DNA of 64,000 bases from an uncultured Acidobacteriaceae bacterium (GCA_964246225.1 CAXTQE010000002.1:7229-71228); one strand, 5' to 3'; positions 53,341 through 63,828 are shown, numbered from the stretch's first letter. Translations and numbers: made by a program. Notes: generated from the letters alone by a model not told the origin.

Positions 53341-54501
53341 ATGTCCCACTTCGGCGACTTCCAGAACGAGATCTATCGGGATGGCCTGCGCGGTATTCTT
53401 CCCCGTCTTCCTGTGGACTTCGAGTCGCTGCAGGCGAAAGCTCAGGGTGCCTTGCCGGCCTCGGTACTTTCCTACGTGCAGGGTGGCTGCGGAGACGAGT
53501 TCACGCAGCGCCGCAACGCCGAAGCCTTTCAGCATTGGGGCCTCATTCCACGCATGATGGTGGATGGCAGCGCGCGCGATCTTTCCATCGAGCTCTTCGG
53601 CCACAAGCTTCCCTCACCCATCTTCCTCAGTCCGATAGGCGTCCTCGGCATCTGCACGCCGGACGGCCATGGCGACCTTCACACGGCGCGCGCCGCAGCG
53701 GAGATGGGCGTTCCCATGATCGCGTCGACACTGTCGAACGATCCGCTCGAAACTGTTGCCGAAACACTGGGTGACACGCCAGGCTTTTTCCAGCTCTACA
53801 CACCGAAGGACAAGGAACTCGCAGAAAGTCTGGTGCATCGCGCCGAGCAAGCGGGCTACAAAGCCATCGTCGTGACGCTCGACACGTGGCTCACTGGATG
53901 GCGGCCTCGGGACCTGAATACCGGCAACTTCCCTCAACTGCGCGGCCATGTACTCGAGAACTACTTTAGTGATCCGCGTTTTCGTGCCATGCTCTCCAAA
54001 CCTCCGGAACAAGACCTGCCGGCAGCTGTCGGCGTTTGGGCGCAGACCTTCGGCAAAGTCCTCACCTGGGCGGATATGCCTTGGCTGCGTTCGCTGACCA
54101 GGTTGCCGCTGGTGCTCAAGGGCATCTGCCATCCTGACGACGCCAGACGAGCCATGGACGCCGGTGCCGACGGCATCTACTGCTCCAACCACGGCGGGCG
54201 GCAGGCCAATGGGGGTGTCGCGGCGATCGACATGCTACCCGCAGTGATCGAAGCGGCCGGCAGCACGCCCGTTCTGTTCGACTCCGGCGTGCGTTCCGGA
54301 AGTGACCTCGTCAAAGCTCTCGCTATGGGGGCCGCCGCGGTCGGCATCGGCCGGCCCTATGCCTATGGTCTGGCGCTTGAAGGCACTGCGGGCGTCGTGC
54401 ACGTGCTCCGTAGTCTGCTGGCCGAAGCGGACCTGCTGATGGCAGTGGATGGATTTCCTTCCCTCAAGGCGCTTAGGCAGGCAGGCGTCATCCGCCTTTG
54501 A
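53341..54501 (+). CDS. FMN alpha-hydroxy-acid oxidase, lactate 2-monooxygenase-like
   Basis: FFQLY, TLDTWLTGWRPRDL, YCSNHGGRQ and DSGVRSG. Confidence 0.88.
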   Translation: MSHFGDFQNEIYRDGLRGILPRLPVDFESLQAKAQGALPASVLSYVQGGCGDEFTQRRNAEAFQHWGLIPRMMVDGSARDLSIELFGHKLPSPIFLSPIGVLGICTPDGHGDLHTARAAAEMGVPMIASTLSNDPLETVAETLGDTPGFFQLYTPKDKELAESLVHRAEQAGYKAIVVTLDTWLTGWRPRDLNTGNFPQLRGHVLENYFSDPRFRAMLSKPPEQDLPAAVGVWAQTFGKVLTWADMPWLRSLTRLPLVLKGICHPDDARRAMDAGADGIYCSNHGGRQANGGVAAIDMLPAVIEAAGSTPVLFDSGVRSGSDLVKALAMGAAAVGIGRPYAYGLALEGTAGVVHVLRSLLAEADLLMAVDGFPSLKALRQAGVIRL

Positions 54502-54577
54502 GAAGTCTTACGTTACCGTCGCGACTCCGAAGTAGATTGCAAAGCCGCCAACCTAACCACACAAAGGATCGCTCGCA

Positions 54578-56155
54578 ATGAACATACCCCTCACTCCTCT
54601 CCGCTTTCTTCGCCACGCAGAGCGCCAGTATGCCGGCCGCACCGCCATCGTTTCCAGAGGAGAGCGCTTCACGTACAAGCAGTTTGCAGAGCGGTCCGCT
54701 TTGCTGGGCGGGGCGTTGCAGCAGGCAGGCATCAAGCCTGGCGAGCGCGTCGCCTATCTGGGAACAAATTCTCATCGGCTGCTGGAGGCCTACTATGGCG
54801 TGCTCGAAGCCGGAGCCATTCTTCTTCCGCTGAACATTCGACTCTCCGCGGCGGAGCTCACCTTCGTCCTGCAGGATGCCGGCGCAGCTATGCTCCTGAT
54901 CGATCCGCAATTTGTACCTTTGGTCGATTCCTTTCGACAGAACCTGACATCTGTTCGGTCCTTCTGCCAACTCGATGGCGAGGTGAAGGCCGATTGGCTG
55001 CTGCCGCACGTCTACGATCGATGGCTTAGTGAAGCAACCCCCTGTCGCAGCGACATCATCCTGGTGCAAGAAGAAGAAGTCGCTGCGATTTTCTATACCA
55101 GCGGAACCAGCGCCCAGCCCAAGGGTGTCATGCTGACCCATCGCAATATTTATCTTCATGCGCTTGAGACGGCACATGGTTTTAGCGTGTCGAACGGCTC
55201 TGTGGAACTGCACACCATTCCCCTGTTCCACGCGAACGGCTGGGGTATCGCTCACTTCCTCACGATGCTTGGTGGAAAGCACGTCATGGTAGAAACATTC
55301 GACCCGGTTGCGATTTTTAAATCTATCGAATCTGAACGCGTGACACAGTTCAATGCCGTGCCGTTCATGGCCACCGTGCTCGTCAATCATCCTGCCATCG
55401 GTGACTACGACCACAGCAGCCTCACACGCATTGTGATCGGCGGGGCGGCCTCTTCGCCTACGCTAATTCGTCAGGTGGAAGAAGCCTTTGGCTGTTCCTG
55501 CTTCTCCGGGTATGGGCTTACCGAGACATCGCCCGCTCTCACCTACTCCTCCATGAAGCCGGAGCTGGCGTGGAGCGAAGAAGACCGCTACATCGGCCAA
55601 GCGATGGCTGGGTACGCGTTTCCAGGCGTCGAGCTTCATATAACGAGCTCCGACGATGAGTGGCTCCCTGAAGATGGCATCGCCGTGGGAGAATTGATCG
55701 CGCGCGGTGACGGCATCATGAAGGGCTACTGGAACCAGCCTGAGCTCAGTGCAGAAGCTCTTCGCGGTGGCTGGTTTCACACCGGTGACATGGCCAGCAT
55801 CAATGAAAACGGCTACGTCCTGATCCTCGACCGCAAGAAGGACATCATCGTCAGTGGAGGCGAAAACATCTCTTCGCTCGAGGTGGAAAAGGCCATGCTG
55901 GCTCATCCTTCCGTGCTTGAGATCGCTGTTATTCCTGTTGCGGATGCACGTTGGGGCGAGGTTCCCAAAGCTCTCGTCGTACTCAGGCCTGGCGCAACCG
56001 CGACAGAAGCGGAGTTGGTGCAATTTAGCCGGTCGTGCCTGACCCATTACAAGTGCCCTAAGTCCGTTCTCTTTGTGGAATCCCTGCCAAAGACAGGCAC
56101 GGGCAAAGTCCTGAAGAAGAACCTGCGTACCCAGTACGAAAAGAGTCTCTCCTAA
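54578..56155 (+). CDS. acyl-CoA synthetase (AMP-forming)
   Basis: YTSGTSAQPKG, PLFHANGW, YGLTET, GWFHTGD and PKTGTGK. Confidence 0.92.
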   Translation: MNIPLTPLRFLRHAERQYAGRTAIVSRGERFTYKQFAERSALLGGALQQAGIKPGERVAYLGTNSHRLLEAYYGVLEAGAILLPLNIRLSAAELTFVLQDAGAAMLLIDPQFVPLVDSFRQNLTSVRSFCQLDGEVKADWLLPHVYDRWLSEATPCRSDIILVQEEEVAAIFYTSGTSAQPKGVMLTHRNIYLHALETAHGFSVSNGSVELHTIPLFHANGWGIAHFLTMLGGKHVMVETFDPVAIFKSIESERVTQFNAVPFMATVLVNHPAIGDYDHSSLTRIVIGGAASSPTLIRQVEEAFGCSCFSGYGLTETSPALTYSSMKPELAWSEEDRYIGQAMAGYAFPGVELHITSSDDEWLPEDGIAVGELIARGDGIMKGYWNQPELSAEALRGGWFHTGDMASINENGYVLILDRKKDIIVSGGENISSLEVEKAMLAHPSVLEIAVIPVADARWGEVPKALVVLRPGATATEAELVQFSRSCLTHYKCPKSVLFVESLPKTGTGKVLKKNLRTQYEKSLS

Positions 56156-56176
56156 GCTTACCGTGTCCGATCGAAA

Positions 56177-57598
56177 CTACGCCGGCACAATCAGCAGACG
56201 AGGCTCCGTCATTTCGAGGATGGCGGAGCGCACACCTTCCCTGCCCACGCCTGAGTTCTTCACGCCCCCATACGGCAGGTGCTCCGCACGCCACGCGGAG
56301 GATTCGCCCACCAGCACTGCGCCGACCTCAAGCTCATTCCACGCCTGCGTCATCTTTTGCCAGTCAGCCGTAAAGATAGCGGCCTGCAGGCCGTACTTGG
56401 ATGTGTTGACCGCCGCCAGCACGTCCGCAAAGTTCTCGTACGCCTCGACGATGACGACAGGCGCAAACACCTCTTCGCAGCTCAGCTGCGCCGTGCTCGG
56501 AACATCGCTCAGCAGCGTGGGTTGGAGCACCGTGCCAATCCGTTTGCCGCCAATATGCAGCGTCGCGCCCATCTTGACGGCCTCCGCAATCCAGCTCTCC
56601 GCACGCCTGGCCGCTGCTTCGTTAATCATCGGCCCCACGCGAGTCGACGGCTCCGCAGGGTCACCTGCCTTCAACGCTCGCAACTCCTCCACAACGCTTT
56701 CGACGAGCCGTGCCTTCAGCGACGCATGCACGTACACGCGCTGCACGGAAATGCAACTCTGGCCCGCATACGTGTAACCGCCGGCCACAAGCTTCGGAAC
56801 AGCCTTGGCGAGATCGGCATCCTCGCAGACGATAACCGCAGCGTTGCCGCCCAGTTCAAGCGTCACCCGCGGCGTCGCAGCTTGCCGCCGCAGCATCCAT
56901 CCGATGTGCGCACTGCCGGTGAAGCTGAGCATGGCGAATCGCTCATCCCGCACAAGCTGCGCCGTCACCTCGTTGGAGCACGGCAGCACGCTAATGGCGC
57001 CTGCTGGCCAACCTGCGTCGCGAACCGCGCGCCCCAGCCAAAGCGAACTCAAAGGCGTCTGCGGCGCAGGTTTGAGGAGGATGGGATTGCCTGACGCAAT
57101 CGCCGGAGCGAGCTTATGCGCGACAAGATTCACGGGAAAGTTGAATGGCGTAATCCCCAGAATGGGTCCGATGGGAAACCTGCGCGAAAGCGCGACGCGC
57201 CCCTCGGTGCCCGGCGTCCAGTCCGCCGACGTCACGTCACCGCCAATCCGCTTGGCCTCTTCCGCAGCGACCCGAAATGTCTGGACCGCGCGGGCCACTT
57301 CGTTGCGTGCGTCTGTGACGGGCTTGCCCGCTTCGAGCAGAATGATGTGCGCCACGTGCTCCATCTGCTCGACCAGCCTGTCCGCAACAGCATGGAGAAT
57401 GGCTGCCCGCTGCCAGGAGCTTAGCTTTTTCGTCTCCGGGAAGGCGCTCTGTGCCAGCCCACACGCCCGCTCCGCATCGGCAAAGTCAGCCTGGCATACT
57501 TCAGCGACGATGGAGCCGTCGTAGGGATTGTGGATAGCCACGGTCTCGTCGCGCAAATCATCCTCTGAACCCAATAAAATCGCTTCTCTTTCTGCCAC
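56177..57598 (-). CDS. aldehyde dehydrogenase
   Basis: ITPFNFP, FTGS, ELGGN, GQSCISVQR, EEVFAP and GGVKNSG. Confidence 0.92.
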   Translation of the reverse strand: MAEREAILLGSEDDLRDETVAIHNPYDGSIVAEVCQADFADAERACGLAQSAFPETKKLSSWQRAAILHAVADRLVEQMEHVAHIILLEAGKPVTDARNEVARAVQTFRVAAEEAKRIGGDVTSADWTPGTEGRVALSRRFPIGPILGITPFNFPVNLVAHKLAPAIASGNPILLKPAPQTPLSSLWLGRAVRDAGWPAGAISVLPCSNEVTAQLVRDERFAMLSFTGSAHIGWMLRRQAATPRVTLELGGNAAVIVCEDADLAKAVPKLVAGGYTYAGQSCISVQRVYVHASLKARLVESVVEELRALKAGDPAEPSTRVGPMINEAAARRAESWIAEAVKMGATLHIGGKRIGTVLQPTLLSDVPSTAQLSCEEVFAPVVIVEAYENFADVLAAVNTSKYGLQAAIFTADWQKMTQAWNELEVGAVLVGESSAWRAEHLPYGGVKNSGVGREGVRSAILEMTEPRLLIVPA

Positions 57599-58024
57599 GC
57601 GCCACGCCCCGCTGGACCAGAATTAACGCTCTGGATTCCAGACCAACATGATAACGACATCTCTATAGGAAGTGCGCGATAAGCATCATCGCGTAGTTGC
57701 GAAGCCGCCGGGTAAGTTTGTACTCAGCCCCACAGCGAGGACTGCTTCCTTACGCCCGGTTTACCGAGGAGGGAGGCCTATGGGCAAGCCTTCAGACCAA
57801 TCAGGAGAATTGAGAGATGGACCGTCAAGGTTAGCAGCTGCTTTGAGTGAACTTCTTTTCAACAACAGCTTGCTGAATTTGTCCGGAGTTGCAAGGGAGG
57901 AACGTCTTTCATTCCCTATTGATGTGAAAGTACGAGACTCCATCTATAGAAACAATCTGCGCAAGGGCCGTGTGCAAACTGCTGTTTGTTGCTTTCACTC
58001 GGCCGGAGACCACTAGGGAGATGA

Positions 58025-61000
58025 TTGATGAAGAGCGGAAAACACCGAGGCCTGTCGTTCATTGTGTTTGCTGGGGTTAGTTCAATGGCAGCGGCGCAGT
58101 CGGCGGTTGATGGCGCAATCGGCGGAACAGTAAAGGATCCTACCGAGGCGATCGTCTCAGGCGCGAGCGTCGTCATTCAGAACACGGGAACCAACGCAAC
58201 GCAGACGGTGATGACCGATACATCGGGGTATTTCCGTGTCATTCGTCTGCAGCCCGGTCTATACACCGTGCGTGTATCGGCAGGCGGTTTTAGCTCCTAT
58301 GAGGCAGCTCGGGTCGAGGTAACAGTGGGTTCATTGACCACGGTAGAACCGCATCTTGCGGCGGCAGGAGCGACCGAAACAGTGGACGTGTCCACGGACG
58401 TGCCAGCGATCAACACGACGAACAATGATTTCTCAAACACAATCGGACTGAAGGTGCTTGAGGATCTGCCGGTCAACAACTATCGATGGAGTTCCTACGC
58501 ATTGCTGACGCCGGGTGTGGTGGAGAGCGGCGGTTTTGGCCTGTTAAGCTTTCGCGGACAATCCACACTCTTAAATAATGTCCAGTTTGATGGAGAAGAC
58601 GACAACCAGGCGTTCTTCTCTGAGGAACGTGGCCGAACGCGTGTGGGGTATTCCACGGCTAAGTCTTCCATTCTTGAGTTTCAGGTCAACACGTCCAACT
58701 ACTCGGTGGAGTATGGCCGGTCAGCGGGCGGTGTAGTGAATGCGGTCACCCGTTCGGGCACCAATGACTTCCACGGCGAGGCGTACTTTTACGATCGGGA
58801 TGCGGAGTGGGGATCTAAGAACCCATTTACGACGGAGGCGATCCAGACAAGTACAAATCCTGTCGCTTTTACGCCGGAGGTCTTCAAGGCCAAGGACTGG
58901 CGTAAGCAGATGGGGGTGGGCATCGGTGGCCCCATCGTCAAAGATAAGCTGTTCTTTTTCTTTGCCTTCGACCGCTTCCTGCGCAACTTTCCAGGGGTGA
59001 CCTCATTTGGCAACGCGAACTACTTCTTCGCGGCGATCCCGACGACAGGGCCAGGCACGGCTGCGGATCCGGCGCACTGCTCCGGGACGACGGAGAACAC
59101 GCCGGGCGGTGCAGTCTGCCAGCTGGCGTTGAATTTAAATAAGCTGACCGCGCTGGCCAGCGTGACGCAGGCGCAATACACGTCGGCCTTCAACACCTAC
59201 ACGAACGGCATTGCGGCGCTCACCTCTATCACGGGGTTGACACCGCGTACGGGCGATCAATACATCTTCTTTCCGAAGATCGACTGGCAGGTGAACGGCA
59301 AGAATCATGTTACGGCTGAGGTGAACCGTTTGCGTTGGACCTCGCCGGCAGGTATTCAGACGAGCGCAACCCAAAGTTACGGGATCCGGAGTTATGGCAA
59401 CGACTTCGTGAAGGATACGTTTGGCATCGCCAAGTTGGACACCGTGCTGACCAATACGCTTTCGAATGAACTCCGTTACCAATATAGTCGCGACTTTGAG
59501 TATGAATATAACCAGGTGCCGACGGCCTACGAAAACGCTACGTTAAATAACCCTACCAGCGGACCGAGCACGGGGTACATCAACCCGTTCCAGATCCCGC
59601 CCGATGTGAACATCACCAATGCCTTCCAGTTCGGGACGCCCACATTCCTCAATCGTCCCGCGTATCCGGATGAACGCCGCTGGGAGGTCTCCGACACGAT
59701 CAACCAGGTGAAGGGGAACCATAGCTTCAAATATGGCTTCGAATACTTGCACACCAACGACCTAAGCGAAAACATCACCGCGGACTTTGGCGGCTACTCG
59801 TATGGAACAGTTTCAGAGGGTGGCGCGACGGCACAGTACTCACCGTTCGTGGAGTATTTCACTGATCAAAACACGGTCAACGGATGTGGTGTCACTGGAT
59901 CGTTCACCACGCACTCGCAGGAGTGCTATACCAACTACACTCAGGGCTTCGGACCGCTTGGCTTTGAGTTCCAGACGGCCGATTATGCCGGTTTTGTGCA
60001 GGACGAGTGGAAGGTCACACCGAGGCTGAGTCTCACGCTGGGCCTGCGCTATGAGTATGAGCAGACTCCCAAGCCGCAGATCCCGATTTCAACCACGTTT
60101 GCTCGTGGATCAACCGGGATCTTCCCGGATAACCGAACAAACATCGGGCCGCGTGTAGGCTTCGCGATGGACGTGTTCGGCAACGGAAAGACCAGCCTGC
60201 GCGGTGGCTACGGTGAATTCTTTGCGCGTCTCGAGAACTCGACCATTTACAACGCGATCGCTCAGACGGGAAACCCTGCTGGACAGAGCCAGGTGACAGC
60301 GGCGGTCAGCACAACGGCACTCGGCACTGTGAATGGCGTGCCCGTGACCGGTCCGATCTTTCCGCAAGTTCTAAATCCGACGGCATTTGTTCCGAACGCT
60401 GCGTCTACGGCGGTCATTTACTTTGACCGTAACTTCAAGATGCCAGAGATCCATCAAGCAGATCTGACTGTTCAACAGAACGTGGGATGGAACACAACCC
60501 TTAGCCTGACGTGGTTGGCGGCGTTCGGGCGTCGACTGCCGGACTTCGTGGACACCAATATTGCGCCTGCAATCCGAACCGTTACTTACAAAGTCGGAGC
60601 GGGCGGACCTGTCAATAGCGGAACTTCCGTCACAATTCCGTACTACACGCAGCGCCTGAATCCGGCATTCGGTTCGACTACGGATATCTTCAGCGGTGTG
60701 AACTCAAACTACGAAGGACTTGTGGCGCAGATCGAGCATCGGGTCACACACAATTTGACGTTCAATGCCAACTACACCTGGTCGCACGCATTGGACTATG
60801 GCGAAAACAACACAACCTTCAGCAACACGAATTCAGTTCTGGATCCTTACAATCTTCGGCTGGAGTATGGTAACTCCAATCAGAATATTCCAAACCGTGT
60901 GGTGGCTTATGCCATTTACAACACGCCGTCTGTCTATGAGGGCTGGTTGGGCTACCTGCTCAATAATTATGAGATCTCGCCGAGCTTCAGCGGTCAAAAT

Positions 61001-61501
61001 GGAGCGCCTTACTCCGCAGGCTTATCAGGAACCTACGTGCCAGTGCTCGACAATGGATGCAAGGTTGGAACGGCCTGCACGGTCAACGGCGTAACAACGA
61101 TTTACAGTCCAGCAAGCACGGGTGGAGGCGTCAACGGGACGAACGGCACGGCACGTGTGCCCTTTACGGATCGCAACATTTTTCAGTTCCGCCGAGAGTT
61201 GATCGCAGACGTCCGGATTTCGAAGCGCTTCCGGATCGCCGACCGAGTAGACGCGGAGTTGCTGGCGGAGAGCTTCAATATTGCCAATCACCTGAACCAG
61301 ACGGGTGTAGGCAGTACGAACGCTTACGGTATCGCGAATGGAACGCTGGCGTCCGCCACGGCAGCGGCGACTCCCAACACGTTTACAAACAATGCCGCAA
61401 ACTTTGGTGTCTTCAATCCTTCTACCTTCCTTGGCAACGCTAACAACAACTTCATCTATACGCCGCGGCAGGTGCAGCTTGGCGCACGGGTACAGTTCTA
61501 A
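58025..61501 (+). CDS. TonB-dependent receptor
   Basis: Signal peptide, GTVKDPT, VVNAVTRSGTN, FVQDEWK and PRQVQLGARVQF. Confidence 0.93.
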   Translation: MMKSGKHRGLSFIVFAGVSSMAAAQSAVDGAIGGTVKDPTEAIVSGASVVIQNTGTNATQTVMTDTSGYFRVIRLQPGLYTVRVSAGGFSSYEAARVEVTVGSLTTVEPHLAAAGATETVDVSTDVPAINTTNNDFSNTIGLKVLEDLPVNNYRWSSYALLTPGVVESGGFGLLSFRGQSTLLNNVQFDGEDDNQAFFSEERGRTRVGYSTAKSSILEFQVNTSNYSVEYGRSAGGVVNAVTRSGTNDFHGEAYFYDRDAEWGSKNPFTTEAIQTSTNPVAFTPEVFKAKDWRKQMGVGIGGPIVKDKLFFFFAFDRFLRNFPGVTSFGNANYFFAAIPTTGPGTAADPAHCSGTTENTPGGAVCQLALNLNKLTALASVTQAQYTSAFNTYTNGIAALTSITGLTPRTGDQYIFFPKIDWQVNGKNHVTAEVNRLRWTSPAGIQTSATQSYGIRSYGNDFVKDTFGIAKLDTVLTNTLSNELRYQYSRDFEYEYNQVPTAYENATLNNPTSGPSTGYINPFQIPPDVNITNAFQFGTPTFLNRPAYPDERRWEVSDTINQVKGNHSFKYGFEYLHTNDLSENITADFGGYSYGTVSEGGATAQYSPFVEYFTDQNTVNGCGVTGSFTTHSQECYTNYTQGFGPLGFEFQTADYAGFVQDEWKVTPRLSLTLGLRYEYEQTPKPQIPISTTFARGSTGIFPDNRTNIGPRVGFAMDVFGNGKTSLRGGYGEFFARLENSTIYNAIAQTGNPAGQSQVTAAVSTTALGTVNGVPVTGPIFPQVLNPTAFVPNAASTAVIYFDRNFKMPEIHQADLTVQQNVGWNTTLSLTWLAAFGRRLPDFVDTNIAPAIRTVTYKVGAGGPVNSGTSVTIPYYTQRLNPAFGSTTDIFSGVNSNYEGLVAQIEHRVTHNLTFNANYTWSHALDYGENNTTFSNTNSVLDPYNLRLEYGNSNQNIPNRVVAYAIYNTPSVYEGWLGYLLNNYEISPSFSGQNGAPYSAGLSGTYVPVLDNGCKVGTACTVNGVTTIYSPASTGGGVNGTNGTARVPFTDRNIFQFRRELIADVRISKRFRIADRVDAELLAESFNIANHLNQTGVGSTNAYGIANGTLASATAAATPNTFTNNAANFGVFNPSTFLGNANNNFIYTPRQVQLGARVQF

Positions 61502-61527
61502 GCGGAATTACATGAGCGCGGACGACA

Positions 61528-61555
61528 GAGGGCTACGGCTGCCAAGGTAGCCCTC
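61528..61555 (+). terminator. probable terminator hairpin
   Basis: GAGGGCTAC-N10-GTAGCCCTC about 26 nt after the stop. Weak U-tract. Confidence 0.5.
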
Positions 61556-62136
61556 CCATCTTACCTGGTTCACCTGGTTGCGGCATAGTCTAGTCACGCT
61601 AACTCCATGTCGACCCTCGGACCTAAGACGGTAACTAGGGAAACCTATGGTTATCTCGAATGGATAGATCAGAGTGGGACTCGTTGCCAAGTTATAATAC
61701 TGAAGCATGCCGCCCAGATATCAAGCGGAGCATGGGCTGCGGTCAACTAGTCTGAGAGGCGCTTCACGATACATAACCAAAATCTAAACTGGTGTGCATG
61801 CGGAGGACGGCTTGGACACCAGCGTGCGCGAGGAAGCAAACGTTTGCTTCCCCGTTGTGATCGTTCTCCTCAGCATCTTCATTCTGCAACTGATTCATGT
61901 TGAGCGGCCCTACTCCGCTAACTGCGAAGAGTCGCACCATCTTTAGCACGGCTATCTGATCCTGAAAGAGCGGGATGACAGAGCAAGTACGGAGGTCCAC
62001 CCCGGGTGGAAATAACAACGGTGGACCTCTCCTTGGGCTATACCCCCTAGTTCCTGGAACGGGCACTTTGCAGGCGCTTCCTTGTCGAAGCGCATCTGTC
62101 TTCGCTTACGGCGAGTCTTTGCGCGCGTGCCTCGCG

Positions 62137-62517
62137 TTACGTCCTGGGTGGTGCAACGGCCTCCGTAGCCGCCTTGGCAATGCGGAACTTCACCGTCGTC
62201 TTCGCCGCAATTTTGATCTGTTCGCCCGTGGATGGATTGCGGCCCATGCGCTCCTTGCGTTCCGCTTTCACAAGCTTGCCAAGACCTGGAACCGTGAACT
62301 CGCCTGCTTCGCGCGTCTGCTCCGTTGCCATGTCTGTCAACACGTCGAAAAAGGATTGGACCTGCTTCGGTTCGACTTCCAGCTTTTCCGCCATGGCTTT
62401 AATGATCTGCGTCTTGGTCATCTTCGCCACGGGTACGCTCGGGGTCTTCTCTGCCGCTTTCACCGGGGTGGCTGCTTTGGCCGGCGTCTTCTCAGCTACT
62501 GCTTTCTTGGTTGCCAT
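62137..62517 (-). CDS. HU-family DNA-binding protein with a Lys/Ala/Pro-rich N-terminal tail
   Basis: AGGAGG RBS, MATKKAVAEKTPAKAA..., MTKTQII, FTVPGLGKL, RMGRNPSTGEQIKIAAK and VKFR. Confidence 0.92.
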   Translation of the reverse strand: MATKKAVAEKTPAKAATPVKAAEKTPSVPVAKMTKTQIIKAMAEKLEVEPKQVQSFFDVLTDMATEQTREAGEFTVPGLGKLVKAERKERMGRNPSTGEQIKIAAKTTVKFRIAKAATEAVAPPRT

Positions 62518-62530
62518 CTGATTCCTCCTG

Positions 62531-62788
62531 TTATGCTTCGGTTGATTCTGCGGACTTCTTCGGGCGGCCACGTCTTTTCGGTTCTGCCGCGACTGCAGCC
62601 TTCTTCTTCACCACAGTCTTCTTCGCTGTGTTCTTGCGAGGAGTCGTGCGCTTCGGCTCCACGCTCTCAAGCTCTTCTTCGCTCTGGATCGTTGCTCGCA
62701 CCTGCTCAAGGAGTTGCTGAAGCCTGTCGATCTCTTCCTCGATCTGCTGGATATACCCTTGTGATTGCTGCACAAACATCGTAGCCAT
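62531..62788 (-). CDS. small coiled-coil protein with basic tail and AT-hook
   Basis: YIQQIEEEIDRLQQLLEQVR heptads, then KKTVVKKKAAVAAEPKRRGRPKK. Ends 13 nt upstream of HU. Confidence 0.75.
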   Translation of the reverse strand: MATMFVQQSQGYIQQIEEEIDRLQQLLEQVRATIQSEEELESVEPKRTTPRKNTAKKTVVKKKAAVAAEPKRRGRPKKSAESTEA

Positions 62789-63316
62789 CTCTTCAGCATA
62801 ATTGCTGCGCACAGAGTTTCGGCTTCTTAAATGAGAGAGGAATGGCGTGACGTGCAAACGATGTCGAGTCACGATGGTGGAGTTGAAGGGCCACATCTAT
62901 CACGGCAAACGGAAGTTTCGGTGCCCACTATGCGGACGAGCGCAGCTGAAGAAGCCACAGAAGACAAGAAATCGCCAAGACAAGCCGAGAAATGCCGAGC
63001 CCGTGTGAAACGGTGAAATGTCCTACCCTTCACACCGCCCCTGGGAGATGTCGATCCAGCGGGCATCTCCCCTATTCCACAATCTCGACCGTGACGCTCA
63101 TGTTTGTAAAACGCCAGAGTATGACGGCTGAGAAGCTGGATCGGCGGTGCGCTGGCTGTATATGCGTTCCATACGAACCGTTTCTGGTGGACTACGCGAC
63201 TATTCCCAAGAACGATCTGTAACTTGCAGAACTCCGCTGCTGATCGGCGCAAAGGGTCCTTGGCGATCAGCCGCGTCTAAGCCAATATCGAACGGGTAAG
63301 GGTCTGCTTGAAGTAG

Positions 63317-63745
63317 TTATCGTCGGGCGGCCTGAAGCCGGGCCCGCTGGTTGTCGAAGTCGGTCATTATGACGACGCTGGTTTCGATGTAGGAATTGAT
63401 CTCGAAGATCTTCGCAGCGGCAGTGTGCTGAAAGCCGAAGATCCGCGGCAGAGCCCAGGAAAGTGAGCCGAAGGCAGCGTCTATTTTGCCGTGCGTCTCG
63501 AAGGTAAGGTCGCGCTTGAAGCCAAGCGGATAGTCGGTACGAAGCGCTTGCGTCAGCGTCAATGCCCCCGTAGCAAGCGCGGTGAGGGAAGCCGCCTTGT
63601 TCTTACGGACGACGATTGCCATGCCCAGAAAGAATGCGGCATGGCAGTAGTCGATGATGCCATGGGTGCGGGAGTCGATGATTTTGTAGCTTGGGCAGGA
63701 AACGGATTTGGTCTCAGCGAAGTGCAGCCAGTCGGCGAGGTACAT
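63317..63745 (-). CDS. small membrane protein (SPW-repeat-like)
   Basis: IDSRTHGIIDY, TDYPLG and FETHGKID with hydrophobic segments. Start uncertain. Confidence 0.55.
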   Translation of the reverse strand: MYLADWLHFAETKSVSCPSYKIIDSRTHGIIDYCHAAFFLGMAIVVRKNKAASLTALATGALTLTQALRTDYPLGFKRDLTFETHGKIDAAFGSLSWALPRIFGFQHTAAAKIFEINSYIETSVVIMTDFDNQRARLQAARR

Positions 63746-63828
63746 GAAATCTCCAGGGTGAGTAAGAATCGCGCGCAGACTGCGGGGCTGCTGCGCACGT
63801 CCCTCGGATGTTCAGGATGGGCGCGGCG

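Noticed and set aside
61615-61690. CCTAAG...TATGG tetraloop-receptor-like motif and TAGG-GAAA-CCTA hairpin as a c-di-GMP riboswitch or intron fragment
   Set aside because: The two pairings compete, other conserved elements are missing and there is no clear downstream gene. An Rfam scan would be needed.
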